Translations under genes and position numbers: made by a program | Shown here: positions 37,168 through 49,639 of the stretch, one piece after another | Layout: every line of letters starts with the position of its first letter | Numbering within the stretch: position 1 is the first letter of the stretch | Source: Octopus sinensis | Lineage: Eukaryota | Direction: 5' to 3' | Assembly (NCBI RefSeq): GCF_006345805.1 | Contig: NC_043005.1 | Coordinates: forward strand, 54,994,001 to 55,058,000 | Length of the DNA: 64,000 nucleotides | The notes under the pieces: model-generated | Database searches by the model: none | Seen by the model: the letters and a program-made list of their open reading frames with translations, nothing else | Told to the model about the DNA's origin: nothing

Positions 37168-37198
37168 CATCACCACCACTACCACCACCACCACCACC
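37088..37198. repeat. (CTA)n grading into (CCA)n trinucleotide repeat
   Basis: Read directly; produces the poly-L/Y/H ORF at 36961. Confidence 0.95.
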
Positions 37199-40100
37199 TG
37201 CTTAGTGTGTTCTTGAGTATGTTTGAATAAATGTAAATCAATAATCGTTAATTTTACTGTTTCTTTTCTCTAACATATCCATTAATTGACATTCCCCATT
37301 CTTGAAAATGAGTCAGATTATGTCCAAAAGAAAAAACAAAAAATAAAAAAAAAGATAAATAAAATAAAAAGCTTACATTACACTTTTGCTGGTTCCAGCT
37401 ACTAGTGGGCTGTGGCCATCAAACATTCATCAATTACACTAACCCTGCCACCCCCGTCACTCCTATCCCACCCCCCACACTTTTTATCATTAGCTTCTAG
37501 ATTTGATGAGCATCGGAATTGGAGTTCTATTTCAGTCATGTACAGTGTAATTATATTTATAGCTCCTCATAATTAGATCCTTGCTGGATGATTAAAGATG
37601 TGCTTTCACACTTGTAAATGTCTTCACCTTATTGACAAAGCATTAACTACCTCTAAAGAGCCTAACAACTCTAAATTTGGCTGCTTAACATTCCTACCTT
37701 ACAACTAACTCGGTTTCGGGTTTTCTTTATTATTTCTCCAGCAAATATTCTGCCTCTCCAGATCATAGGTGAAATGTTTAGGAGAATGAATTATTTTCAT
37801 CTCACGTTTATGTTGCTAATGCTATTAGCAAAGGCATGAGTACGTGTTTCTTTTGGATTCATTCTTAGGTAAGAGATAATTGTATTATTATTTTACATTA
37901 ATCATGTAACCTCACACACTCAGGCTCAATATTTTATAAATGCGTAAAATAAATTTGAAAAATGAATTTACTGTGTACATATTTATCATGGCTCTTTTGT
38001 AGAGAATGGCTGAGAGTCATTTAAATTAAAACTTAATTATCAACATCAATTTGTGTATGTTTGCATATCACACACATACTCACACAGACACACACACACA
38101 CACACAGATATACACATACATACACACAGGTATGTAGGTACGTATGTATGTGTGTATGAAGCAAGCAAGAAATAATTTTTCAAATCTTTAGTCTTGTGAA
38201 TATTATAGTTAGTGAGAAATGTTCAATGCCAATATTGTTTTTGAACAATGTTATTGTAGTACTAAACATTCTTGGCTGCACTATGCCACTTAGTCAACAG
38301 TTACAAGTTATGGCCTACTGACCCTATTATCTTGAATATGATATCTAGGCATTTTGCCAATAGACGATATCTTTGACAGCATATCAGGAACAATTTCATT
38401 TCATGTTGCAGACATCATATCTAAATTGATTGTAGTGGTTGAGCTTTCTTTCTTAATAAAAATAGCTCTATTCTACTGCTCCATTTCCAATAGCACTTGC
38501 ATCCTGCATTTCCCCCTCTCACTCCAGAGCTGATTATTTAAAGAGCATCTCTATTAGATAAATGAAATAGTCTTCATTCTTTTTATCTTCACCTTCCTGA
38601 AGGTGTCTGGTTTTTGCTTTTTCTATAATGTCATATAGTGGCTGAATAGTTAGTATGATGGTCTATTGATTCCGTGTTGCTGAACTTTAAACCCTGTAAT
38701 GGGCATTGTATAACCCTCACTTGATCTGCTTGAAATATGTGGTAACTTTCTCTTTTATGATTGAGTGTTGTTAGGGAGAACACCTAAGCTATAAACGATT
38801 TCCTTCAATAATTCAAGCATATTATTGTATGGTTTCATAAATCCAAACATTTTTTCCTGAATTATTGGGGCTAATAGTTATATACTATATAACTGCAGGC
38901 TCTTCCAAATGTCATTTCTGTATACCTTGTATGTGAGCATTTTGCTTGTTTACCAGCTTGATACTGTGAAACATTTAAGAGTTCTCAAGACAGCATTTGT
39001 ACCTGTGACCACCAGTCAAATATTCAAACTAGCCAGTCATGTCATCTGTTTAGAACTCTAGTAAGACAGAATATGTATATATAGCAAATTTTTAGTAGTG
39101 GGTTGTTTTCTACACTGTGAACAAACAGATCAACATTCTTTTGACCTTTTCGTTTGTAAGTTTCCATAATTCTTTGTTACATGCAATTGGTTCTAATAGA
39201 AAAAACTGTGACAACTAATCTATGAATTCTCATTTATCTACACTGTGTATGATGAGTAAGATTCTGTATTGTATATAAGTTGTATGTAAGGAGAGTTTAG
39301 AAAGTGATTTTAGAATTGATCTAGATTTGCTCTGAATATAATTTGGATGATGAGAGAAACCGAAATGTTTACAAGAACTACTGCTTGTATTTTATAGCTA
39401 ATTATCTCTAAATAACATGTAGGAACATGGCTAAGGCTACATGTGAGAATGAAGTAATTTTTCTTTTTCCAAAAGAATACTCGTACTGTCTGCTGTCTGG
39501 GAATTATATGAATTACCTTTGGAAATAGTTATTGTAATGACTTCATAAATGAATATTTCGATGAAAAATATCTCGGTAACTTAAATGTTTGAGCAGCAGA
39601 CTTGTTTTGAAGCATATATTAAGAAATATATGGTGTAAAATGTTTTTGAAAATAGTAGTAAATATGTCTGTGAATAAAGACACCAGTGGTAGATATGATT
39701 TTTTTTTTTTTTTTGGAGATGCAAATGTGGCTCTCTGGTTTTAAAGTTCACTTCATAACCCCTTGGTTTCAGGTTCCATTCCATTATGTAACTTCATAGC
39801 CAAGTGACTTCCACTATAACTTTGGGCCTGCAAATTTCTTACGTTTGAAATTTGGTAGATGGAAAGTGTTCTGAAGCCCAGAGAGGGAGAGAGAGAAAGT
39901 GTGTGTGTAAATGTTTACTCATGTCTTTGCAGTATCACTAATTGAATGAAGTCAAGGACAGTATTTACTTTCCTTATGAATAATATGTCCTATAGTTCTT
40001 CAGTGTCACCTGTTTTCTGTGAAGTGAAGTTGAATGTATATACCTTATTCAAAAAACCAAGTAAGGGCTGCCAATAGGCAGGGCATCCAGCTACAGAATA

Positions 40101-40404
40101 CTGCCTAAATAATTCGTGCCACCCATGCTTGTACAGAAAAAGTTGATGCTTAGACAATGATGATGATGATGGTGGAAGTGAAAGTGACTGTGGCAATGTG
40201 AATGGCTGCCATCCAACAACAAATCTATGATAAGCAGAATCCTAGAACTACTCAATTTCACTATTGTCAGGAACCTGTTGAGGTAATTACATCATCCTCA
40301 ATTTTCTGCAGCCCCATTTGAGGAACCCTTAACTTGGTAGCTTAATGTGCTAAAAGTAACAGCAACCAAATCTTCCTCCATTCAGATTTGTATTGCTGTT
40401 AGAT

Positions 40405-40500
40405 CTCTACAGAGACTTTCCCCCGGTATCAGAAGTGGTCAGAGCCAGGAGACTCTGTTTTGCTGGGCACTGTTACTGGGCAAGGAATGTGTTACTCTGG
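40405..40500 (+). mobile_element. RTE-clade LINE ORF C-terminal fragment
   Basis: Translates to LYRDFPPVSEVVRARRLCFAGHCYWARNVLLW, matching the RTE post-RT RRLRxAGH motif. Confidence 0.7.
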
Positions 40501-41014
40501 TGATGAACATTGAATCTTAGGTTCTGTAGGCCTAGGTTAAAAACAGGTTGGTCATGGTTGGAATGCTTTCATCATAGGTTTGTTTGATCGGAGTTGATTA
40601 GGAGCTAACTAATAGTAACAACTGCTCACTCATGTAAAAAGTTTTACCAATGTTTTTGTTCCTGAATTGTGATTCTTTAGAATTTCCTATTCCCTCTAAC
40701 TATTTACCCGCAGATTTTCAAAGTGAATATAATTCCCATTAACTTCACCCAGGAATGGCAGTGCAACTATGAAGCTTGCTGCTTCACAACCAAATGGTTC
40801 CTGTTCAATTCCACTGCATGGTCACTCAGGCTAGTGTCATTTTTGTACCATAGACTCATTTCTGCCTTGTGAGAGGAATTCAGTTGACAGACACAGTGTA
40901 GAGGCCTGTCATTTATACAACTAATAATCATTATTGGATTTCACAGTTCAATACTGCAATACTGTACACACACATACAATGATGGGCTTATATATAACAT
41001 AATAACCCTAAAAC

Positions 41015-41225
41015 TGGCAAGCTGGCAGAATCGTTAGCATGCTGGGGAAGGTGCTTAGCAGCATTTTGTCTGCCCTTACATTCTGAGTTCAAATTCCGCT
41101 GAGGTCGACTCTACCTTTCATCCTTTTAGCGTCAACAAAATAAGTACCAGTGGAACACTGGTGTTAATGTAATTGGCTTACCCCATCCCCCAAAATTTCA
41201 GGCTTTGTGCCTATGGTAGAAAGAT
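41015..41225 (+). mobile_element. SINE family 3
   Basis: caagctggcagaatcgttagc...ctgagttcaaattccgctgaggtcgac...ggctttgtgcctatggtagaaag. Confidence 0.88.
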
Positions 41226-43839
41226 AGTAGAAAGAATATTGCATTATAACACACATGTGACTGTGCGGGAGACCCGTGTGAATATACAACGGTGGGATTT
41301 TAACAGGGTTAACAACAAGAGCCAAAACCTGAATGGGATAATTGTTGAATCCTTAGTGCATCCAAGCATACATGTATGTGTGTGTGTGTGTGGTGTGTGT
41401 GTGTGTGTGTGTGTAAAATATCTACTCAAACGTAAAAAGTCTGTGGGTACTGTTTGCCTTTAAAAAGAAAAAAAAAAGTTTAACCATCAATTCAAGCTGG
41501 AATCTAACAAACTATAATTTTAAATGAAAGTTTCAACCTTTTATAACAATATTTGTACCTTAATGTATTTCTTGACAGAAAACAAGATATATTATTTATA
41601 TTTTAGCTAATGTAGCATTAACTGTCTTCTAAATGTAATGTATAGGAATAACCAATGGAAATATAAAAGGCATAAACAAACATTAAAAAGTATACCGAAT
41701 AAAACAGAAAAAAAATTATAAAACTTTTTTTTATTAAAATCTATATTTAAGAAGACCCCACCCTCTTTATATTTCTTATAAAATTTTATAAACATTCTGC
41801 TCTTTTTTTTTTTTTTGTTTTTTGATTCTTTCTATGGAAATCTCTTATTCAGTGATAAAATACTATATCAATATTTCATGTTACTTTTAAATTATCGGAT
41901 ATGTTTGAGTTAAATATTTATTTAATGTCTAAACTTTAATGTCATAGCACATTTGGCATTGTGAAAATAAAATTCTGGTAAAAGCTGTAGAGTATAAATC
42001 ATTACTTTTCGATGTGTATTTTTATGACGTTCTACTAAATTTCTCTCAAATTAGAAAGTACTTTTCACTACTCAATACATATAACGAAAAGTTCTTTTTT
42101 GTTTTTTTTTTCTTTTCTGTTTCAAACAATTTATCGATGTTTACTCAGCTTATTCAATCTTTAAGCAGTTTTAACTTGTAGACTTTTACTTATACAAAAA
42201 TTTAATTATTAATTTGCACTTTCCAAAATAGTAATTGTTAACCAGTTATTCATGTAAAAAGCTTTTGTTATTTTATTCATAAGCATTTAATAGATTTTTA
42301 TGTGAAGGGAATAAGTGATATTTATCATAAAGTCTCCACTTTATTGAACTGAAAATAATAATGTAATTATACCTCATTCATCAATATTTTCCTTTTTTTT
42401 CCCCCACCTTATATGTCTGTTATATCATTCTCATACTATTTTTTTTCTGCTTGCCTCTTCCATTAGTTTCAATCCAATATTTGTTTGCACATATGTCAAA
42501 ATTATAACATTAAGTTCCTTGTCTTCTACATTAGTATTATAGTGTAATAATTTTCTGCTATATATCAAATGTGTTGATGGGAAAAAGTTTGTTAATGGTG
42601 CTCAATACACCATCAATATAATTTTACTAAGTGTATAAATCATTTACATATAAGCTTTCATTTCCTTTGTCCCAACTAAATAACACTATCTTTACAAATA
42701 TAAGTGAATCAAGAAAAGCATTGCCTGGTAATTTTCTTTGCTCGATTTATAGTTTACTTTTGTTATGTATCTGGTTTACATTTCATTTCATTTCATTTTT
42801 TTTTTTTTTGTCACTTTCATTTTTTATTTATTTATTTGTTTGTTTAATAATTTTAACAGTTCTGCTTTCCACATGAAAATCATGTAACATCAAGTGAAAA
42901 TCTTTGGTGTATTTTAGGATATTTTATTTTCAGCAGCGGACAACCAAAGTTTATGCTTCCATTCTTTCTTCTACAAAAAAAAAAAAAAAAAAATTAAAAA
43001 AAAGAAAAAAAAAAAAAGAAATGAAAAATTTTTGAAAAACCAGTTTTGTATAGATTTGATAAAGTAATATATTTTGTCTCATTCTTTGTTCTTTTTTAAA
43101 AGAAATCTTTCACTGTGAATATTATTTCCATTGATTTCTGAAATATTAGTAGTTTTAGAAGCATAAACATACACATTTTCATGTAAGACTATTCATATTT
43201 AAATACATGGAATGAAAACGAGTCCTGTTTATAGTCATATGGCTTTATATTCATTGTTTCATGTTTACAATTGTAATAATATTTTACATGAATCTCTGAA
43301 TCTTTTGGGTTTATTTTTTTTTTTTAGAAAAAAAATCTTCAAAGAATTTTCACACAATCTTTTAGCTTATGTGGTGTGTTAATTGACTATGGAAACTAAT
43401 TTGTTGACTTTATTGACACTGTTACTGCAAACATTTTTAAGAATACATAAATAAATAAATAATAAAAGCAACAGTGAATCATTATTTTCCCCAACTGTTT
43501 TGCGGTATAGACAGACATTGTACAATCGTTGGCATCACATCTAAGATTACCCATGCAGTCAAATAACTAAAGAATAAGTTAGCAAGGGAGCCTCTAAATA
43601 ATCCTTTTACATGCTAGAAATAACCACCAGATGCCCCTCCATGACACACTCTACCTTTTATAGACAGTGGGGACAAATTGGATACTAACAACAACAACAT
43701 CATCATCATCATCATCATCTTCATCTTCATCATCATCATCATCATAATGTCTACTTTCATGGGTCAGATTGAGTTTATTCAGGTAAATTTTCTACAGCTA
43801 CATGTCCTTCCTATCCCAGCCCTCTCCTGGTTCTCCATT

Positions 43840-44072
43840 GTGGAAGCACATGGCTTAGTGGTTAGGGTATTGGACTCGTGATTGTAAGGTTGTGGTTTTG
43901 ATTCCTGGTCCAGGTGATGTGTTATGTTCTTGAGCAAAGCACTTCGCTCCAGTCCACTCAGCTGGCAAAAGTGAGTAATTCTGCAACAGACTGGCTTCCC
44001 ATCCAGGTGGAGAATATATACACCATGAAACCGGGAGACCCAGCACTTATGAGTTGGTACGATTCAAGAAGG
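43840..44072 (+). mobile_element. SINE family 2
   Basis: gtggaagcacatggcttagtggttaggg...ggttttgattcc head, then cccatccaggtgg body. Confidence 0.85.
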
Positions 44073-44734
44073 TAACTGTACCTGTTCCTCCATGGCCAGA
44101 CCTGTTCTCGCAGAATGATTGTGACAATCATTTTACAATTATTACATGATGTCATGACGAGGAGACACAAACATACACTCATGCACATGAGCACACACAC
44201 ACAAGTCTGGGCCTATAGTAAAAATCATTTTCCCAAGATACCACACACACTTGTGGTTAGGAAGCTGACTCTTTATCACATGGATGCATTTATCTATAAT
44301 ACACAAACCATAATATAGTATGAAAAAATAGAACATAATTCTGCTTGTTTTGAACTGACTTGGGTGGCGGGGTACATTACATTTATATGGAGTATTCGGG
44401 ACAATCTATTTCTGCCTATTTGCATTGATAACTTTCAACAAGCTGCATTCTTGTTCTTTTCTGATAGTTCCATTTATTAATCATAGCAATATTTACTCTT
44501 GGGCTTTGTCAGCTGAACCAGCCATTCCAACTTGGGTTCCCTCCTCTGCTGCTGCCAATTCTTGATTGATTCGATGGTGACAACATGCTCATCTGCATTT
44601 AGTTGATTCTACAAATACCTAGTCTTCAAATTCTGCTACAGTTGTTTTGTAGACAAAGATGAGTTGCAGCTGATTAGGACAGTCTTCAATGCCATTGTCA
44701 TTACTATTTAAGTTAGATAAATGTCAGCCAACTG

Positions 44735-44945
44735 AATTGTGAGCATCTTGGACAAAATATACTCAGTGGCATTTCTTTTCGCTCTTTATGTTTTGAGTTC
44801 GAATTCTGCCAAGGTTGACTTCACCTTTCGTTCTTTCAGGGTTGATAAAAACGAGTACCTATCAAGTACTAGGGTCGATGTAATTGGCTTCCCTTCCCTT
44901 CCCTTCAAACTGATGGCCAACTGCCAAAATTGGAAAGAATTATTA
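44735..44945 (+). mobile_element. SINE family 3 (decayed)
   Basis: gagttcgaattctgccaaggttgac...aaaattggaaagaattattatt. Confidence 0.8.
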
Positions 44946-45174
44946 TTCAAGTTAGTGAAGTGAACCAGTGCATGTAGTAGACATTGCAGACCCTCCCAAA
45001 CTGATGAGGCTAATGAAATTTATGTTCAACTCAAAAGCGCAATTAATTAGTTTACCACAAGGAATGGCTTTGGGCAGCATTCCTTCTTAGTGCCATTTAT
45101 TCCACTCACTTTTAAACCAGTTTATACTCAAAATTGTTGATGGAAACTATCTCTAGGCTCTTTCAATTCATCTG

Positions 45175-45625
45175 TTTAATTGGTGTTCAGCTTAGGGAAA
45201 ATGAAGTTAGCAACAGAGTTGTTACAGTTCTGGTGGAGAAAGTTGGGGTAAAGAGTTTTTGTACAGGGTCTGTTGGCTGAAAGAGAGATGCAGTAGCAGA
45301 CAGTGCACATGTTGCTACTTTGATATGGTAGCAGCCGTTGTAATAGCAGCAGAAGAAACAGATGGTGAGCGGAGGGGAGGGGCACAGCACATCAGTGGGA
45401 TAGTGGTTGTTGCATGTTGTTGAATGAAGGCTTGCCAGATAATTTGTGTATATTGTGTTGAGACTTTTTACAAACTGAACAGCTGTCCTGTCCTAGAGTA
45501 TGAATAGTTGTATGCTAAAGTGGATCATACTTGCAACTTGTTAACAATCAGTAACTGATGAGAGCTGGAGTATTCTTTGATTCTGAAGAGGAAGCCAAGT
45601 CTTTGTGGCTGCTGTTATAGATGCA
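45175..45625 (-). mobile_element. Decayed CR1/L2/Jockey-group LINE 3' fragment
   Basis: Minus strand reads RLGFLFRIKEYSSSHQLLIVNKLQV*STLAY and FFCCYYNGC; same family type as 8930-10085. Confidence 0.7.
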
Positions 45626-45654
45626 TGCTTGCCATGTACATAAAGTCATTATAG

Positions 45655-45818
45655 GTGCAAGTGTGACTGTGTTGTCAGAAGTTTGCTTTTTAACCACTTG
45701 GCTCCAGGTTCAGTCCCATGGTGTGGCACTTTGGGCAAGTGTCTTCTACTATAGCCTCGGGCTGACCAAAGCCTTGTGAGTGGATTTAGTACACAGAGAC
45801 TGAAAAAACCTGCCGTGT

Positions 45819-45861
<43 letters not shown>

Positions 45862-45945
45862 TGTATTTGTCCCTCCATCACTGCTTGACAACTGGTGTTA
45901 GTTTATTTACATCCCTGCAGTTTAGCAATTTGGATTGATATTGAG
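45655..45945 (+). mobile_element. SINE family 1, bipartite copy (3'-truncated)
   Basis: gtgtgactgtgttgtcagaag...ccaggttcagtccc...(TG)n...ttgtccctccatcactgcttgacaac. Confidence 0.85.
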
Positions 45946-46078
45946 AGATAGAGCAGGGATCAACAAACAAGGTGTATTAAGAAAAATGGAAGTCTTTGAC
46001 ATTACAAGTCTACACCCTTCTTCAAAAAGGAAGGGGAGGAGAAAAATGGAAGGAGAGAGAAAAAAAAACGTGTCTAGA

Positions 46079-46240
46079 TTAACCCTTTAGCATTCAAATT
46101 ATTCAGTCAAATGAAATTCCTATTTATCCACATTGTTTTGAAATAATCAGGCATTATCTAGTAGCTTTGAGATTTCAATGATGTGACTGTTTATTTTTAG
46201 AATAACATTGTAGGGTAGGTGTGAGAGCCTGGATCTGACT
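46079..46240 (+). mobile_element. piggyBac-type MITE lacking its right end
   Basis: Begins ttaaccctttagcattc; similarity stops after ggatctg where the CR1 tail starts. Confidence 0.8.
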
Positions 46241-46245
46241 GAGTT

Positions 46246-46436
46246 GTGTCTAACACACGTGGACATGCCTACAAAGTCAAAAAAAAAAGCTCAGCTCCCA
46301 AGACTTTCGCAAACATTTTTACACACTCAGAGTTGCTGAAGCAAGGAACAAACTACCTGCATCAGTTGTTAGTTGCCAAGACATTGCATCCTTTAAAACC
46401 TCCATGCTTCCTGAAATTTGCCAACACTACACCTGA
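46246..46436 (+). mobile_element. CR1-type LINE extreme 3' end
   Basis: SNTRGHAYKVKK then (frameshift) DFRKHFYTLRVAEARNKLPASVVSCQDIASFKTSMLPEICQHYT*, matching the CR1 TRGH...FF..RV...WN.LP C-terminus. Confidence 0.85.
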
Positions 46437-46524
46437 TATCCCGCCCCTCCATATGCATGCACACATGTATATCTTGACTCATATACTGTTCACTTTCCCA
46501 ACTTTTGTACATAATTCTATACTC

Positions 46525-46720
46525 TTTTACTCTTTTACTTGTTTCAGTCGTTTGACTGTGGCCATGCTGGAGCACCGCCTTTAGTCGAGCAAATCGACCC
46601 CGGGACTTATTCTTTGTAAGCCCAATACTTATTCTATCGGTCTCTTTTGCCGAAACGCTAAGTGACGGGGACGTAAACAAACCAGCATCGGTTGTCAAGC
46701 AATGCTAGAGGGACAAACAT
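46525..46720 (-). mobile_element. SINE family 1, 3' half (young, CpG-retaining)
   Basis: (TTTTACTC)n tail, then gtttcagtcgtttgactgtggccatgctggagcaccgcctttagtcgagcaaatcgacc. Confidence 0.9.
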
Positions 46721-46757
46721 ATACACACACATACATATATATATATATACATATATA

Positions 46758-46948
46758 CGACTGGCCTCGTGCCAGTGGCACGTAAAAGGCACCATCCGTT
46801 CGTGGCCGTTGCCAGCGCCGCTCCGACTGGCCTCGTGCTGGTGGCACGTAAAAAGGCACCATCCGTTCGTGGCCATTGCCAGCCTCGCCTGGCCCCCGTG
46901 CCGGTGGCACGTAAAAAGCACCATCCGTTCGTGGCCGTTGCCAGCCTC
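46758..46948. repeat. Three tandem GC-rich units of about 63-66 bp
   Basis: Core gtgccggtggcacgtaaaaagcaccatccgttcgtggccgttgccagc repeated at ~46758, ~46824 and ~46887. Confidence 0.95.
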
Positions 46949-47354
46949 TCTATTAAGGGTGCTATGACCATATTTCTGATAAAATATTCTGCTTAACATG
47001 ACTTGAAAATAATTACTCCTGGAAAATCTCTGTCAAATAATTATTTCATTATTTAGCTGGTGTGTGATATAAGTAGGTTGGTATAAGATAAAAATAAATA
47101 AATAAATAAATAAAAGAGAAAAGCAAAAAAGAAGAGTCTGTTTGTTCCTAACAGACATTGATGATGATGATGATGATGATAAAAATTCTTGGAACTTCTA
47201 TACTTTCACCTTAATTACTATGTCATCATTAGTTCCATATCTCGGAATGGTTATAATATTACTACACAGTAGCCAGTCATGTAGCAACTGAATCACCTAA
47301 ACTTCTAAGCTTTATCATTTTGCCATTTACTCCCATTGTTTACTAAACTCACAC

Positions 47355-47372
47355 ATGCATACACACACTCAC

Positions 47373-47407
<35 letters not shown>

Positions 47408-47482
47408 ACACACTCACACACACACACACTCACACACACACACACACTCATACACTCACACACATACACATACACACACACA
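47355..47482. repeat. (CA)n/(CACT)n microsatellite
   Basis: Read directly. Confidence 0.95.
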
Positions 47483-48099
47483 GCGTCTTCTTCAAAGATA
47501 ACAAATTGTTTGTTTCTACTGCGATTATTGCTGAATATTGGATTAACATTCAGGAATTACAAGATTTTGCTCATCACTTCTTTAAAGTATCTGTAGCATC
47601 AGAATCTGGGGTTGGTGGGGAGAATAATGATGCAAACAAGAAGATTCCAATCAAATTCACACACTTTTCGCCAACTGAGACAACACACATATGTATGCAC
47701 ACACACACACACACACACATACATGCACACACATCACAGACATAAGATTTCTAATATGAAATTGGGCTATTACAGCACCAATTGATCAAGAATAGAGGGA
47801 TAAACCCATTGGTGGGACTCTTTTGTGCCAGAAATTGGTTCTTATAATGTTTTATATCAACATATGTGTGCAGACATACTTGTTTGTGTTTGTGTGTGTC
47901 TATGTTAATTTTTGGAGGCATAGGTTTAATTGACATGCATATATAAATCTCGCTATTGCAAATAGACTCTCAGCAAGGCTTAAATGTCTGTTCATTAGAC
48001 ATATGTTAGATCGAGAATTTACCCATGTATTTTGTGTCAGTATTTTAATTAATTAATATATGTGCCATAAATGTGCAGATATGCGAATTTAGTAAAAGT

Positions 48100-48252
48100 A
48101 ATGCACCCACTACACTCACGGAGTGGTTGGCGTTAGGAAACATTGCCAGATCAGACTGGGCCTGGTGCAGCCTTCTGGCTTCCCAGATCCCAGTTGAACC
48201 ATCCAACCCATGCTAGCATGGAAAGCGGATGCTAAACGATGATAATGATGAA
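48100..48252 (+). mobile_element. SINE/LINE-tail family 4 with (GAT)n tail
   Basis: gcacccactacactcacggagtggttggcgttaggaa...ccatgctagcatggaaagcggatgctaaacgatgataatgatg. Confidence 0.8.
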
Positions 48253-48404
48253 TGCCTGTTATTCGTAGTGTATTTTGAGAAGTAAACCTTGCAAAAATTA
48301 ATGAAGCTGTTTGGTTTATTTTGCAGAAATTGAGAGAGAGAGCCCTGTGGTTTGACTTCAGATTCTCTTTTCGATGGTGAGGTTAAATGTATGTTTATTA
48401 AAGG

Positions 48405-48696
48405 TTTGTTTGTTGCTTCTCGAGCCATGCCTGGCTCATAGGGCTGATTTCCTGGTTTCCTTGGTGTGTATAGGTTCCCCACCTGGATGGGACGCTGGTC
48501 CGTCGCAGGTGAGCTGAAAGAGTGAGAGGAAGTTGTGGCGAAAGAGTCAGCAGAAGTTTGCCATTACCTTCTGCTAGAGCCGTGTGGAGCTTAGGTATTT
48601 CGCTCATAAACACAAGCATCGCCCGGTCTGAGATTCGAACCCACGATCCCTCGACCACGAGTCCGCTGCTGTAACCACTAGGCCATGTGCCTCCAC
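48405..48696 (-). mobile_element. SINE family 2 (young)
   Basis: Reverse complement begins gtggaggcacatggcctagtggttacagcagcggactcgtggtcgagggatcgtgggttcgaatctc, with clear A and B boxes. Confidence 0.9.
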
Positions 48697-48850
48697 TTGT
48701 TAAAGGTACATATATGTAAACATATTTACTATCTTAAAAGTCTGTATGTGTATCATGTTTGTGTGTGTATGTGTATATATACTCACACATATATAAATAA
48801 TGTGTATGCCAACGTGGAAAGCAGATGTTAAGCGATGATGATGATATATA

Positions 48851-49145
48851 TGTGAAGGCTTGTGGCATAGTGGTTGGAATATTTGCCTCACGATCATAAA
48901 GGTCATGAGTTCAGTTACCTGTGATGGCTGTGTCCTTTTCACGTTACTCCAATCCACTCAGCTGACAGAAATGAGTAGTACCTGTATTTTAAAAGAGCCA
49001 GCCTTGTCACACCCTGTCTCATGCTGAATGTTCCCTGAGAATGTGTCTGTGGAGTGCTCAGCCACTTGCATGTTAATTTCATGAGCACGCTGTTCTGTTG
49101 ATCATATCAGCTGGGACCCTTGTTGTCGTAACCATCAGAGTACTC
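48851..49145 (+). mobile_element. tRNA-derived SINE, family 2-like head
   Basis: tgtgaaggcttgtggcatagtggtt...gagttcagtt...caatccactcagctgacagaaatgagtagtacctgtatt. Confidence 0.8.
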
Positions 49146-49158
49146 CTCTCTCTCTTTT

Positions 49159-49164
<6 letters not shown>

Positions 49165-49199
<35 letters not shown>

Positions 49200-49268
49200 A
49201 TATATATATGTATATGTATATACGTATATGTATATATGTATATGTATATATATGTATGTATGTATATA

Positions 49269-49365
<97 letters not shown>

Positions 49366-49562
49366 GTATGTATGTATGTATATGTATGTATGTATGTATA
49401 TGTATGTATGTATATATGTATGTATGTATATGTATGTATGTATATATATGTATGTATGTATATGTATGTATGTATATATATGTATGTATGTATGTATGTA
49501 TATATATGTATGTATATATGTATGTATGTATATATATATGTATGTATGTATGTATACATATA

Positions 49563-49623
<61 letters not shown>

Positions 49624-49625
49624 GA
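49165..49625. repeat. (CT)n followed by a ~430-bp (TA)/(TATG) microsatellite
   Basis: Read directly; source of the 189-232 aa pseudo-ORFs. Confidence 0.97.
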
Positions 49626-49639
49626 GTATATATTTACAT

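Noticed and set aside
36961-37230. ORF with poly-L/Y/H
   Set aside because: Trinucleotide repeat translation with a non-ATG start.
45001-45030. CTGATGA...GAAA hammerhead-like core
   Set aside because: No stem II pairing and no closing stems I or III.
48620-48696. tRNA-like sequence (also 57575-57650 and 583-645)
   Set aside because: A/B boxes are present but the sequence runs into a SINE body without a proper acceptor stem; SINE heads rather than tRNA genes.
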